Shown: one piece after another, positions 1 to 12,711 of the stretch
How positions within the stretch are numbered: position 1 is the first letter of the stretch
Layout: the number at the start of each line of letters is the position of its first letter
From: Parvularia atlantis
Lineage: Eukaryota
DNA length: 43,541 nt
Direction: 5' to 3'
NCBI GenBank assembly: GCA_943704415.1
Contig: CALSCO010001471.1
Location: 1-43,541, forward strand
Program-made: the position numbers and the translations under genes
Notes under the pieces: generated by a model
The model's database searches: none
Told to the model about the DNA's origin: nothing
The model's input: only the letters and a program-made list of their open reading frames with translations

Positions 1-390
1 CCTTGAGCAGGCAGACCGTGGTCGAGTCGCCGTCCTCGCCGTCGTCGTCAAACGCGCTGAGCGAGCGAACTCGAGGCTGTCGTCGACGAGCGCGATCGCG
101 TGCTTGCTGTTGAGGCCGAAGACCTTCGTGCGAACGCCCTTCTTTCAAGTCTCGAGCGGGCAGAGCAGAACAGGCAGATCGGCGCTTGCCAGGGCGAGTG
201 TGCGAGACAGCGCAGAAAATTTTCGGCTGCGTCGCGCGGGCGTACATCTACGGCAACGACGTGTGCTTTGCGCGCTGCGTTGGCTCCCGCCCGTGTGTTT
301 GTCTCGCAGCTGCAGCCACGGTGCCTGCACATCATCACCGCGCTCCACCTTGGCACTTCACCGCACCACACCGCTCCAGACAGACTGCAG

Positions 391-625
391 ATGCGCAAGC
401 AGACGGCGAGCGCGCTGCGCCGCGTGGCGACGGCCGCGACTGGCGCCTCGCGCCCGGGCACGCCACCCACGCCGGGCCTGCTGGCCGCCGAGCGCTCGGA
501 GGACGTGCTCGTGCACACGGCTGCGCGGGACGAGGGCGCGGCGGGCGACGGCGCCGACGACGCGATGGGCAGCGGCAACGTTGTCGTGCTGCCTGCGCCG
601 TCAGCGGCCGTCGCGGCCGTCGCGG

Positions 626-661
<36 letters not shown>

Positions 662-3600
662 GCGGCGGCGGCGTTGATGGATGGGAGGCGACGCTGCGCA
701 CGGCCGCGCAGGCCGTCGTCGCGCTGCGCGTCAACCTCGTGCGCTCGTTCGACACCGAGCGCGCCACGTTCTCGCAGGCCACGGGCTTCATCGTCGACCT
801 CGCGCGCGGCCTCATCCTCTCGAACCGGTGCGCCACGCCGCTCACCACCGTGCCGCGGCCCGTGACCCTCGCACGCGCGCGCCCCACACAAGGCACGTCA
901 TTACGCCCGGGCCCATCACGGCAGAGGCCGTCCTCAACAACGTGCGTGCGTGCGCCTCGTGCGCCCGACCCGACCTCTGATCGCGCGCGCATACAGCACG
1001 AGGAGGTGTCGGTCTGGCCCATCTACCGCGACCCTGTGCACGACTTTGGGTGGCGTGCGGCGCCCTTCCGCTGGTGCCCGGCACTGCTCATGCTCGGCAT
1101 CGCGCACAGCTTCTTCCAGTTTGACGTGAGCAAGGTGCGCTACAGCAAGCTCACCGAGATCCCGCTCGCGCCGCACCTCGCGCGCGTGGGCATGGACGTG
1201 CGCGTGATGGGCAACGACTCGGCCGAGAAGCTCTCGATCCTCGCCGGCACACTCGCGCGCATCGACCGCCCCTCGCCGTTCTACGGTGCGCAGCGGGGCG
1301 CGCGCATGACCCGCCGCTGAGCGCGGGCGCAGGCGTCGGCAAGTACAACGACTTCAACAGCTTCTACTACCAGGCCGCCTCGGGCACGTCGGGCGGCTCG
1401 TCTGGCAGCCCCGTGCTGGACGTGCACGGCAACGCAATCGCCATGAACGCCGGTGCGCCCTGACGCGGGCCCGGGCGAGACCATTAACCACGCGGGCACA
1501 TGCGCAGGCGGCAAGAAGAAGGCTGCATCGAGCTTCTTCATCCCGCTCGACCGCGTCCTGCGCGCGCTGCGACTCATCCAGGCCAGCGAGGCCGTCACGC
1601 GCGGCTCACTGCAGTGCGTTTTCAAGTGCGTGCTTTCCCCGCCTGCTGGCGAGTGTGCGCACGCTGAGCGCTCGACCACAGGCACGAGCCGTACGACGAG
1701 CTGCGCCGACTCGGCCTGAGCGCACGCACTGAGGAGGCGACGCGCACGGCGATGCCAGACAGCACTGGCATGCTCGTGGTCGATCAGGTCACGCCCGGGG
1801 GGCCGGTCGACCGCCTGCTCGAGCCCGGCGACATTCTCACGCAGCTCAACGGCCAGGTGCGCCGCGCACTTGTCGCACGGGCCTGCGGGCATCGGGTGAC
1901 GCGCTCGCGGGCGCGCAGGACGTGCGCGACTTTGTACAGCTCGAGGACGTGCTCGATGCGTCGGTCGGTGAGACCGTGCGGTGCGCGCATGTGCAGTCCG
2001 CTTGACAGCGCTCACTCGCTCGATGCCGCGCAGCCTCAAGATTGAGCGCGGTGGCCAGCCGATCGAGTGCGCCGTCACAGTCAACGACCTGCACTGCATC
2101 ACGCCGGCGCGCTACGTGACGCTCTCGGCCGCGATCCTGCACGACCTGTCGTACCAGATGGCCTTTAGCTACGCCGTGCCCGTGGTGTGTCCGCTCGGTT
2201 CCGTCGTGTCTGCATTCACACGCGCGCGTAGAGCGGCGTGTACGTCGCGTCGGCTGGATACATGCTCGCAATGGCCGGCATCCAGCGCAACTCGATCATT
2301 ACCATGGTCGACAACAGACCGACGCCGACACTGGACGCCTTCATCGCGTGCGCAAGCGCTGGCGGGGCGTGCACTCGTGACTGACGCCGGTTGCAGCGTC
2401 GTGAGCGATCTCGAGGACAACGTGCGCGTGCCCGTGCGCTTCATCTCGCTCGCGGACCTGCACCGCGAGCGCGTGGCCGTGGTGCAGGTGCGCTGCGATG
2501 CGCTGCGTGCTGCACATCTTGCTGACGTCCGTCCCCAGCTCGACCGGCACTGGCACCCGTTCGCCCTGTACGAGCGCGACGATCGCACGGGCCTGTGGAA
2601 CGGGCACACGTACCCGCCGGCCAAAGCGTATCACTCGCCGCCGCCTGCGACTGTCGCGCTGCAGGTGTGTGCGTGCGCGTCAACAGTGCGTTTGGCTTAC
2701 GCGCAGCATTGCACAGGTGCCCGAGAACTTCCACCCGGCCGCGAGCAAGGTGCTCCCGAGCATCGTGCTGGTCGAGTCGCACGTACCGTTCCTGATCGAC
2801 GGTGTGCACGGGTCGCACTTTGCCGGCTGCGGCGTGGTTGTGGACGCCGAGCGCGGCCTCGTTATCGTCGACTCCAACACGGGTGCGCGCTGAGACGCGT
2901 GCGGAAGGCAGTGCGGCTCACCGCGCCGCACGCCCGCCAGTGCCCGTGTCGCCGTCGGACGTGCAGATCACCGTCGCGGCGTCGCTCGTCGTCTCTGCGC
3001 GCGTCGGTGCGCCGCTGCCGCTTGCACCGCAAAACACGCCCGGCTGACGCGCCCGCGCAGTCTTCCACCACCCGACGCAGAACTTCACCGTGATCGCGTA
3101 CGACCCCAAGCTCGTCGGCGACACGCCCCTGCGCTCGGCCGAGCTGTCGACGCAGCGCGTGGCACAAGGCGGTGCGTGCTGCGCACGATGCGCGCCTCGT
3201 CGCTGCTGACGTGTACGGACGATCAGAGCCCGTGGTGCTTGTGGGCCTGTCCAAGTCGCAGCAGCCCGTCGCGCGTGCGACGTTTGTCACGACCGTGCGC
3301 GAGATGATCCTGCGCGAGTGCAACCCGCCGCGGTGCGCGGATGTGGCACCACTGCGCCGCAGTTCAGCTGACGTGCGACCAGGTACCGCGCGACCAACAC
3401 GGACGCGATCGAGATCGACCACCCGCTGGCGTGCCAGGGCGGTGTGCTCGTGCACCCCGATACGGGCGTGGTGCGGGCGCTGTGGGCGAGCTACTCGTAC
3501 CAGGTGAGCTGCCGCGTGTGCTGCGTGCCGCAGCTGGACGTCGCCGTGCGCAGGAAAACGAGGGCGAGGACACGTCGTGCTGGTGCGGGATGGACATCGG

Positions 3601-4616
3601 CACAGTGCTGCCGCTGCTCGAGCCGCTGCGGCAAGGTCGCTCGCCCGCGTTGCGCTCGATGGAGATTGAGTGCGGGCCGCTGCCGCTCGTGACTGCGCGA
3701 AAGTGCGTCACGAGGCGCGTTCCTCGCGCGCGCGCCGCTGGTCTGACGCCGCCGCAGCATGGGCGTGACGGACGACTGGATCCGCCGGCTCGAGAAGGCT
3801 CAGCCGCACCGGCGCAGCGTGCTGTCCGTGCGGCGCCTCGTGGCTGGCACGCCAGCTGCGGCCGTGCTGCGCGAGGGCGACGTGATCCTCACGGCGAACG
3901 AGCAGCTGGTGACGACCTACCGCGACCTCGACTGCGACCTGTACGCGGACGTCGTGCGCCTGGTGCGTCTGGTGTGCGCTTCGTGCCCCTCTCAGGTGAG
4001 GCCTTGTGCACAGCGCGTCGTGCGCGACGGCCAGGCACTCGAGGTTGACGTGGCCACGACGCCGCTCGACTCGCGCAGCACGGACCGCATCGTCGGGTGG
4101 GCCGGCGTGATCCTGCAGCGGCCGCACCGCGCCGCGCTGCAGCAGCGCCGCGACGTGCCCAGCCTTGTCTACAGCTCGTACTGGTATAACGGCTCGCCGG
4201 CGCACATGTGCGTGCTCGGGCTGCCTGGCCGCGCGCTCGCACTGACCCGCACGCTCGCCGCAGGTACAATCTCCGCGCGACCGTGTGGATCGTCGAGGTC
4301 AACGGGCAGCCCGTGCTGGACCTGGAGCGGTGCGCGGCCGTGCGGAAGCTGCAGGTGCTCCGCAGGCCTCATTGGCGGCGCCCCGCAGGTTTCTCGACGT
4401 GATCCAGCGCTGCGACGACGCGAGCTACATCCGCCTCAAGACAATGGACTTTTCCAACCGGCCCAAGTGCGCGCGCGCGCGCTCTAGCTTGGTTGGTCGC
4501 TGCTCACGCGGCTGTGCAGGATGCTCACGATCAAGCCTAACCGGCACTACTGGCCGGCCTGGGAGCTCCGCGCCGACGCGGACCACCCTGCTGGCTGGCG
4601 CTTGTTCTCATTGTAA
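391..4616 (+). CDS. NMA111: Nma111/Ynm3-like nuclear HtrA-family serine protease with PDZ-like domains and a duplicated protease-like module (~22 introns)
   Basis: Spliced exons give ATGFIVD, ILSNRHV (His), [11 protein letters not shown] (Asp), [44 protein letters not shown] (Ser). Ends [16 protein letters not shown] at 4616. Start ATG 391 is tentative. Confidence 0.9.
628..672 (+). repeat. (CAG)n/(GGC)n trinucleotide run encoding poly-Ser/Gly in the Nma111 N-terminus
   Basis: About 11 AGC units followed by 4 GGC units. Confidence 0.85.
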
Positions 4617-4741
4617 CTTTGCGGACTGTGGTTGACGGGTGCCCGTGCGGGCTGCTGTTGAGATGGCACAGATGAGCCTGACTCGGAGTATGCCGAGCCT
4701 TACTAGCTCAGGCTAGCGATCAGCCAGCCATCTATGCGGCC

Positions 4742-4873
4742 AGCCAGCAACTCAAGCCAGCAACTCAAGCCAGTCATCTGCCAGTGCGTGGCAAGCCAGC
4801 AACTCAAGCCAGTCATCTGCCAGTGCGTGGCAAGCCAGCAACTCAAGCCAGCAACTCAAACCAGCAACTCAAA
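4742..4873. repeat. Intergenic minisatellite with 13-bp unit AGCCAGCAACTCA and a duplicated 39-bp higher-order unit
   Basis: AGCCAGCAACTCAAGCCAGTCATCTGCCAGTGCGTGGCA occurs twice in tandem, flanked by extra 13-mers. Confidence 0.85.
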
Positions 4874-4951
4874 GCACTCACCCCCTTCCAGAAGATTCGA
4901 CGGACCGGCCACGTGGTCGTCCTCGCCACTCGAGCAGCACTCGGCCCGAAG

Positions 4952-6522
4952 ATGAGCGACGCCGAGCTCAAGCTCAACCCGGCGCACCCGTTCTGCTTCT
5001 TCGACGTCGACATCGACGGCACGCGCAGTGCGTGGTCGTGCCGCCGTGCGCTGCGCCGCTGCAACGCTGACACACGGTGCAGTCGGGCGGGTCATCTTCG
5101 AGCTGTTTGCCGAAGAAGTGCCGCGAACAGCCGAGAACTTCCGCGCGCTATGCACCGGTGTGCGGCGCGTGCGCCGTTGCCGTGCACCGTCGTGCTGAGC
5201 AGCCGCGCAGGGGAGAAGGGCCTGAGCAAGAAGACCAACGTGCGCCTGCACTACAAGGGCTCGTCGTTCCACCGCGTCGTCAAGGACTTCATGATCCAGG
5301 GCGGCGACTTCACCAAGCGCAACGGCACCGGCGGCGAGTCGGTCTACGGCGGCACCTTTGACGGTGCGCGCGCTCGTCGACATCGCTCGCCGCCGATCGC
5401 TCAATGGAGACGCAGACGAGAGCCTCACGCGCACGCACGACGTGCCCGGCCTGCTGTCGATGGCCAACCGCGGGCCCAACACGAACGGGTCGCAGTTCTT
5501 CATGTGCGCCGCTGCTCCGGCCGCGCACCGATCGCATCGACTGACGCGCGCCCGATGTGGCGCACAGCACGACCCGCGCCGCGCCACACCTCAACGGGCG
5601 GCACGTCATCTTCGGGCGCGTGGTCGACGGGCTCAAGATCGTGCGCACGATCGAGTCGCTCAAGACTGACAGCAACGACAAGCGTGCGTGCAGCCTTGAC
5701 CGTGTGGCGTGGCCTTGGCCAACGACAACGCACGCGCGCGCGCGCAGCCTTCGCCAACGTCATTATCGCGCACTGCGGCGAACTCGAGCTCAAGCTGCCC
5801 GAGACCGTCAAGGCCGTCAAGCTCACGGGCTCCGACACCGAGAACGCCGCGGCCGCGCCCAAGAAGGCCAAGAAGGAGAAGAAGGACAAGAAGGACAAGA
5901 AGAAGGACAAGAAGCGCAAGAAGCAGGCCGACAGCAACGAGGTGTGCACGCATGCACCACCGCACCGCATCGCACGCTCACTCGGCGCATTTACCAGGAC
6001 GACTCAGATGAGGAGAAGGAGGACAACGGCGACAGGGGCGAGCGCACGAAGGAGCACAAGGACAGCGCCGCACCCGAGCCGAGCAAACCGGCGCCCGCGC
6101 CCGCACCCGCACCCGCACCCGCACCCGCACCCGCACCCGCACACGCATCCGCTGCAACCATACCCGCAGCCGCTGCGCCCGCACGGCCCGGCGAGAACGA
6201 CGACGACCGGCAGGAACGGCGCAGCGTCGACCGGGATCGGGATGACCGGCGCGACCGGGATCGGGATGACCGGCGCGACCGGGATCGGGATGACCGGCGC
6301 GACCGGGATCGGGATGACCGGCGCGACAACGACCGGTACCGCGACGACCATCGCGGCCGCGACTACGACCGGTACCGCGACCACCATCGCGGCCGCGCCG
6401 ACTACCGCGACCGCGACCACGATGCGCCCCGCCGCGAGCGCTCGCCCAGCCCTGGCTCGACCGTGCGGCGCGTCTACCGTGGGCGCGGCACGATGCGGTA
6501 CCGGACGCCGCCGCGCGTGTGA
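4952..6522 (+). CDS. Cyclophilin-type peptidyl-prolyl isomerase with Lys-rich and Arg/Asp-rich tail (PPIG/SR-cyclophilin-like), 6 introns
   Basis: [77 protein letters not shown]-terminal RD repeats and [11 protein letters not shown] at 6522. Confidence 0.92.
6229..6324 (+). repeat. Four perfect 24-bp coding repeats (DRDRDDRR)
   Basis: GACCGGGATCGGGATGACCGGCGC x4; a (GCACCC)n Ala-Pro run also lies at about 6103-6140. Confidence 0.9.
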
Positions 6523-6601
6523 GAGACCCGCTGTGTGACGTTTGCCATTGGACGCGCACTTTGCGTGCACAGCGCGTGAGAGCCGCCGCACTCGACCAGC
6601 C

Positions 6602-9600
6602 ATGAGCGCGACCGTGTGCGACCGCTGCGCCAAGCTCGTGACGGGCGACGTGATCCGGTGCGGTGCGGGCGGCGACGGGCCGCGACGCCGCGTCTCACGT
6701 GTGTCGCGTGCGCGTTTCGTCGGCGCGGCGTCGCGCGGCGGCGGCAGCTCCAAGACGAAGGCGTACCACAAGGAGTGCATGAGCTGCACCGCGTGCCAGA
6801 AGAACCTCGTGCTCGAGGGCCAGTACTTTGAGGACGCGGGTCAGCCGTACTGCGAGTGCGCGTGCGGGTGCGCGTGTGCGGTGCTGCAGCGCGCTGAGAC
6901 CGTGCAAACGGAAGGCTCGACTACTGCAAGCTGCACGGCCTCGTCTGCCCGGGCTGCGGCGGCACGCTCACGGGCGCGTACATGAGCGCGCTGGGCAAGG
7001 TGCGCCCGCCGCCCTCTGCCGTGGTGCCGTGCTGAGTGAGCTGCCGTGCCGCGCACGCAGAACTGGCACCCGGTGCGCGTCAACTTGAACGACAGACGTA
7101 AACAGCGAGAGACGCGATGGGCTGACGGGCGCCGCAGGAGCACTTCGCCTGCGCCGCGTGCCGCACGCCGCTCGTCGGGCAGCAGTACTACCAGCACGAC
7201 AACCAGCCGTTCTGCCAGAAGGACTACCTTGAGCGCTTCGTCGACAAATGCGCGGTCTGCGCCGAGCCGATCCTCGGTGCGCGCAGTCGATGCGCACGTC
7301 GGCCAACCGACTGACGACGACCGCGCACAGGCATGTACACGGTCATTAAGGGCAGCACCGACAAGTTCCACGAGCACTGCTACCGCGACCGCCAGGAGCG
7401 CAGCCGTGTGCGTCGCGCCCCGATGAGCGATCACTCGCCGCTCACGCAGGTCGCAGAACGAGCCGCCGCCGGCCATCAAGGCCAAGGCCGCGACGCAGCC
7501 AGCCGGCGTCGCCAAGCCGCCGCCGTCGGCCGCCGCCGGCATCCCGCCGCTGACCCGCCCGGGCTGGAGCACGTCGCGTGCGTCGGTCTTCCGCTCACTA
7601 CTGTCATCGCTCAAGTTCTGATCGACGTCACGGTGCGCGTCGCAGCCACGAAGGACAGCAAGGCCACGACCGCCACCGCCGCCTCGAACAGTGCGTCGTC
7701 GTGCCCGCTGCTGCTGCTGGTCGTCCATGCTGATCCGACGCCGCAGACAAGTCGACGCTCAGCTCGGCCCGGCCCTCGTCGTACATCTCAGCGACGTCAA
7801 ACTCGGCGCCGGTCGATCCAGCGCTCGCGGCCGCGGTCGACGGTATCTTTGCCGAGACCTTTGGCGCGACCGGCGCACCGGCCGCCACCAAGCCCGCTGC
7901 CGCACCTGCGCCCATCCCTGCACGCACGACCCCTCCCGCGCCTGCACCGGCGCCTGCGCCTGTGTCCGCGCCCGCGTCCGCCTCCAAGCCGGCTGCCGAT
8001 GGCGAGCTGGCCGCGGCGCGCGAGCAGATCAAGTCACTGCAGGAGCACGTGCGCCGCCTCGAGAGCGCCGGGCCGCGTGCGTGGTCGACCTGTGTCCCTT
8101 CGCCGCTGTCTCACCCATGCGCAGCGCCCGAGCTGCACGCCGCCCTCGACGAGATCCGCGTGCTCAACGAGCGCGAGCGGCGCACCGAGGCCGAGCTCGG
8201 TGCCGCGCAGCTGCGCATCGCCTCGCTGGAGGGCAACGCGCAGAGCCTCGAGACGCAGCTGGTCGAGCTGCGCCGGCGCGAGCAGCTGCTCAAGCGCGAC
8301 AACGACGATCTCGCCGCGCGCGTCAAGTCGATGGTGCCTCACTCGCTTGCTGCCTTTCCTGGGCTGAGGTTCTGTGCAGCAGGATGCGACCGGCTCGGAC
8401 ACGTCCAAGCTGCGCAGCGACCTGGTCGCGAGCGAGGGCCTCGTCGCGTCGCTCAAGGGCCAGCTGGCCGCAGCGCAGAAGGACGTGGAGGCCGCACACG
8501 CAGCGACAGCGACGCGTGCGCTCCGCTGCTCCGCGCACAGAGCCAGTCTGATGGCCGCACGCAGAGGCCAAGCAGCACCAGACAGCGCTGGCCGCGAAGG
8601 ACAAGGAGCTCGGCGAGGCCAAGGTCAAGCTGGCGGCGGCCGAGGAGGGCGTATTTGCGGCGCAGCAGACGGTCGCGACGCTCAAGAAGGAGATCGATCT
8701 GCTCAAGGTCAACGAGCAGAAGGGTCCGTGCGACGCCGCCCTGCCATGCCGTCGTGCTCAACGCCAGCCCGCCAGCCGTCACCGGTGCGGCGAGCTCGAC
8801 CGCATCGCTCGAGAAGGAGACGATCGAGCTCAAGGCGTCGCTCGCCGACAAGGACCGTCTGGCGCAGAAGGTTACGCCCTACTTGCAGCTGCGCATGCGC
8901 CTGACGTGCGCGCACACAGCTCACGACGCAGCTCGACACCGCCAAGAGCGACGCCGCCAAGACGCAGAGCGCGCTCGACGCGGCCAACAAGTGCGCTGCG
9001 CTGCGTCTTGCGGTGATGGTGACGCTCACCGCTGCGAGCGCACAGAGAGTTGCAGGCCGCCCGTGACGCGCGCATCAAGCTCGAGGGTGACGTCCGTGCG
9101 CTCGAGAAACATGCGCCCGTGGCCGAGCAGCTCGGGCTGCAAGTGCAGGCCGCGCAGTCCGCCCTAACCGACACACAGAAGGACCTCGAGCGCGAGCGTG
9201 CGCGCGTCAAAGAGCTGCAGGCCTCGTGCGCGCCTCGCTCGGTTGCTGCTGCTACGTCGGCCGCCTGACAGACTCGCGCAGGCTTGCGAGCGTCCAGGAC
9301 CGCCTCGCGAAGGCCGACAACGCCAAGCCCGCGGCCGACCCGCGCGTGGCCGACCTCGAGGCCCTCGTCGCGTCGCTCACGCGCAAGCTCGCCGACGCGA
9401 ACGCCGAGACGTCAGCGCTGCAGGCGCGTCTGGACGCGACGCAGTCGACCGACGCGATGTTCTTCCCGATGGCCGTTGCCACTGCGGGCGGGGCGCCGCC
9501 ACCACCGCCGCCACCCCCTCCGCCGCCCGCGCCGATGCCGGCCTCGCCGCTGTCGCCTGGTGACGGCGACCGCTCGGGCCTGATGGCCGAGATCCTCGCC

Positions 9601-9851
9601 GGCCGGCAGCTCAAGAAGGTCACGATGACGGTGCCGGAGGGCGGCGACGGCGGTGCAGCGGGGAGTGCGGCGGGCGGTGCGGCCGGCAAGATGCGCGGCG
9701 TGGCGGTGCCGCTCAACCCGATGGCGGGCATGGTGCGCGCGTCGTCGTGCGCCGTGCGCATCGCTGCCGTTCCTGACGCGTAACGTACCGGCAGCTGGCC
9801 GACATGAAGAGCAACAAGCTGTTCATGAACGCCAAGCGGCCGATCGCGTGA
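6602..9851 (+). CDS. LIM-domain protein (2 full plus 1 partial LIM) with long coiled coil, poly-Pro tract and C-terminal WH2 motif (~16 introns)
   Basis: CDRC..YHKECMSCTAC..YCELDY; CPGC..NWHPEHFACAAC..FCQKDY; CAVC..FHEHC. Heptad-rich exons at about 8000-9440, then PPPPPPPPPPP and DRSGLMAEILAGRQLKKV; TGA at 9849-9851. Confidence 0.82.
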
Positions 9852-9906
9852 GCATAGGCGTGAGGAGCGCATGCCAGGGGCGAGCAACCCAGCACAGCAC
9901 ATGCAC

Positions 9907-11758
9907 TCACGCAACAGCGGTCGGGAGCAGCCGCGCAAACAGCTTGGTGTCGATCTGGTCGACGACCTGCGCGCGGAACACGAGGCGCGCGTCCAGGAAG
10001 AATCCCAGGCTGACGTCGCAGTGCACATGCTCGTCGGCCGCGCCGAGCTCGTTGCGGCGCGACACGACCTGCCACTCGATCAGGCCCGCGTCCAGCAGAT
10101 GGTGCAGCAAGAGCGCCGTCGCTTCCTTGAGCGCAAGGGGAGCGTCGTGCTGCAGCGCGTTGGTCGTCTTGGTGCCCACAGCCGCGGCAGGCTGACCGCG
10201 CTCCTTGAGCGTGCGATGCGTCGACGCCGTGTCGCTGGCCAGCTGCCGCAGCGCGTCGGTCACAGCGCGGTACATCACGTTGTGGCCCGGCTTGGCCAGC
10301 CGCTGTCGCAGGCTCGTCCACGCACTCTGCAGGTGCGCGAGCGCTGCCCGCGCCTCGTCGGTGACGCGCAGCCCGTCTGCCTCGGCGATCAGGCGAGCGA
10401 GCGCGTCGTCGTCGAACGCGTGCGTGACCTGTGCGTCCTCGAGCGCTGCATCCACCGCCGCTTCGGCCACACCGCTGCTGCTCGCCGTGCCGCTCGTACA
10501 CGCGCCGGCGAGCCGCTTGACGAGCGCGCCGAAGCTGCGCTGTACCGGCTGCACGACAGCCGCGACAACGACGGCCCACAGCGGCTCAAGGTCCGTCTGC
10601 CAGCTGACCGCGACGGACGCGACGGCCGCCAGGTCCTGCGCCATCTCCTGCGATGCGGTGTGAGGCGCAGACACGCGTGCACACGTGCATGCAACACGCA
10701 CCTTCTCGGCGGTCTTGATCGCGCCAAGCGACCCGACGCCGTCGCTGGCCGCGGCGGCCTTGATGTTGCGCAGCCGCATGACCGTGCCCTGGCATCGTCG
10801 CGGCCATCAGCAAATCCACATCTTCTGCAGTGGTGCACGCACCGCCCACGCCGACGTCACGAGTTCGTCGAGCGCGTCGTTGGCGGGCGCGGCCGCGGCC
10901 AGTGCGTCGCGCACAACGGCGGCCAGCGTCGCCGTCTCACGTCGCAGGGGCGGGCGCGCGGGCAGCTGATGCGCGGCGCGGACGCGGCGGTGCGCGATGA
11001 CGAACGCGCCCTCGATCTCGCGGTCGACGTGGACGTACTCGGCGGCGGCGCTGGCCGCGGTGAACGCCTGGACCCACTCGGCGCGCTCGTCGTCGTTGTC
11101 CGGGATGAGCGGCCACACCCGCCCGGCGTCGCTGCCCGGCTGCAGGCGGAGGCCGGCCGCCTTGGGCAGTGAGCGCAGCGTGCCCGTGACGCTCGTGCCC
11201 GTGCCGATGTCGGGCGCGTCGAGCACGCGGTAGCCGTCGAGGTCAATTGTGCCCAGCTCCTCCTGCATCGTCTCGTCCGCGTAGTACGTCACCACGCCGT
11301 CCACGCGCAGCACAAACCACCGTCGCTTCCAGCTGCGCACGCGCTGGCCCTGCTTCGTCAGCCACCCGGCCTTGACGACGCCGGGGCCCGTGGGCGCGTC
11401 GGCGGCGGCGCCGAGGCTCTGCAGAAACGCGCGTGAGACGGCGCCGAAACGCGCTGTCGCACGAGCGTTTCGCATGTGAAGCGCACGCACCCGCACGCTG
11501 CCCTGCGTGGCCGACCGCGCCAGCCCCGCAGCCGCGCCCGGCAGCGGCGCCCAGAGCAGGTGGCGCCCGGCCGGCACGTTGCCCCGCTGCGACGCGCGCA
11601 GGCGTTTGAGCACGGCCTCGCGGTACTCGGACAGCAGCTCCTGTGCGCACGTGACGCGGCCTTCCGTCAGCCGAGGCGGCGGGGCAGGCGGCGGCGGGGC
11701 AGGCGGCAGGCCGCGCCTTCTCAAACGCCGCGAGCAGCGCGTCTGGGGTCGTCGCCAT
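9907..11758 (-). CDS. PH-domain protein with helical C-terminus, Niban/FAM129-like (4 introns, first GC-AG)
   Basis: VVKAGWLTKQGQRVRSWKRRWFVL..GTIDL..ERAEWVQAF (PH). The N-terminal AFEKELLSEYREAVLKRLR..HLLWAPLP resembles the Niban pre-PH segment. Confidence 0.75.
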
Positions 11759-11811
11759 CGCCTCCCGTGTGCAATCGGCGCACTCACGGCCGTGACTGCA
11801 CACAAAACACG

Positions 11812-11812
<1 letters not shown>

Positions 11813-11842
<30 letters not shown>
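11813..11842. repeat. (CT)n microsatellite between NDUFA5 and the PH gene
   Basis: About 14 CT units. Confidence 0.9.
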
Positions 11843-11846
<4 letters not shown>

Positions 11847-11889
11847 GCAGTCGCGCGCGCGACGCACACGCGGCGGCGCTGCGAAGGCC

Positions 11890-12624
11890 TCATGCGTCCC
11901 ACTGGCCCGCGGGCGGCGGCACGGCCAGCGGCTCCCACGGCTTCCACTCGGCCATCTTTGGGATGAGCGCGAGCTCGTCCTGCGCCTGCTTGATCAGCTC
12001 CTCAATCTGGCCGCAGTTGATCGTGCTGCGGCAGCGGCAAGTCAGCGACATGGGCGGGGCGGGAGCCGAGCGGCGCGCGAGCAGCAGCAGCAGCAGCAGC
12101 AGCAGCGATCGATGCAGCAGCATCGCAACGTGCATCGCATCCGCGTCGCATCCGCACCACCAAAGCAGCAGCACGCGCCGCACCCGGCTGACACACCTCT
12201 CGATCTGCGCCACGTCCGTCTCGCCCTTCAGCACGCTCAGCCGGTACGCCGTGATCTTCTCGACCGCTTTCCGGTACTCGGCGGCCTCGGGGATGACCTG
12301 CCGTGCCGCGCGCCACGCGTTCAGCCGTCCACGTGCCACCCACGGAGCAGTACCGGTGTCTGGCGCGTACCTTGACGTCGTTGAGCGTCTTGTTGTACAG
12401 CGCGATCAGATCCTCGCGCGCGTGCGGGTTGGCGTCGATCCCGACAAAGCCGGTCGTCTGCAGCAAGGCTCCAGATCAGTGCTCGCTGCTCGCTGAGCGC
12501 GGCGGCGCAGTAAGCGCGCCTTCTTGAAGTTGGTCACGGCCGGTGCCCGCGGCGCGGCCGAAGGAGCGACGGCGAGGCGGCGCGCGGTCGCGGTGCCGAA
12601 GAGGCGGCGCGCGGCGAGCGACAT
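11890..12624 (-). CDS. NDUFA5: Mitochondrial complex I subunit NDUFA5/B13 (3 introns, first GC-AG)
   Basis: Arg/Ala presequence, KKTTGFVGIDANPHAREDLIALY, IPEAAEYRKAVEKITAYRL, INCGQIEELIKQAQDELALIPKMAEWKPWEPL..GQW. Confidence 0.93.
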
Positions 12625-12711
12625 CGACGGGCACGCTGTGAATTCCGATGTCCCAGCCACGCGTTTCCCATGCCGGCATGCCTTTCCGGGACATTGCGGC
12701 TCATTGGGATC

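Noticed and set aside
1..200. Possible minus-strand coding fragment ([14 protein letters not shown].. / FDDDGEDGDSTTVCLLK)
   Set aside because: Two protein-like pieces lie in different frames with no convincing start or splice, and they are truncated by the window edge.
4742..4873. Repeat array as a CRISPR locus
   Set aside because: The intervening sequences are identical rather than unique spacers, there are no cas genes, and the context is eukaryotic.
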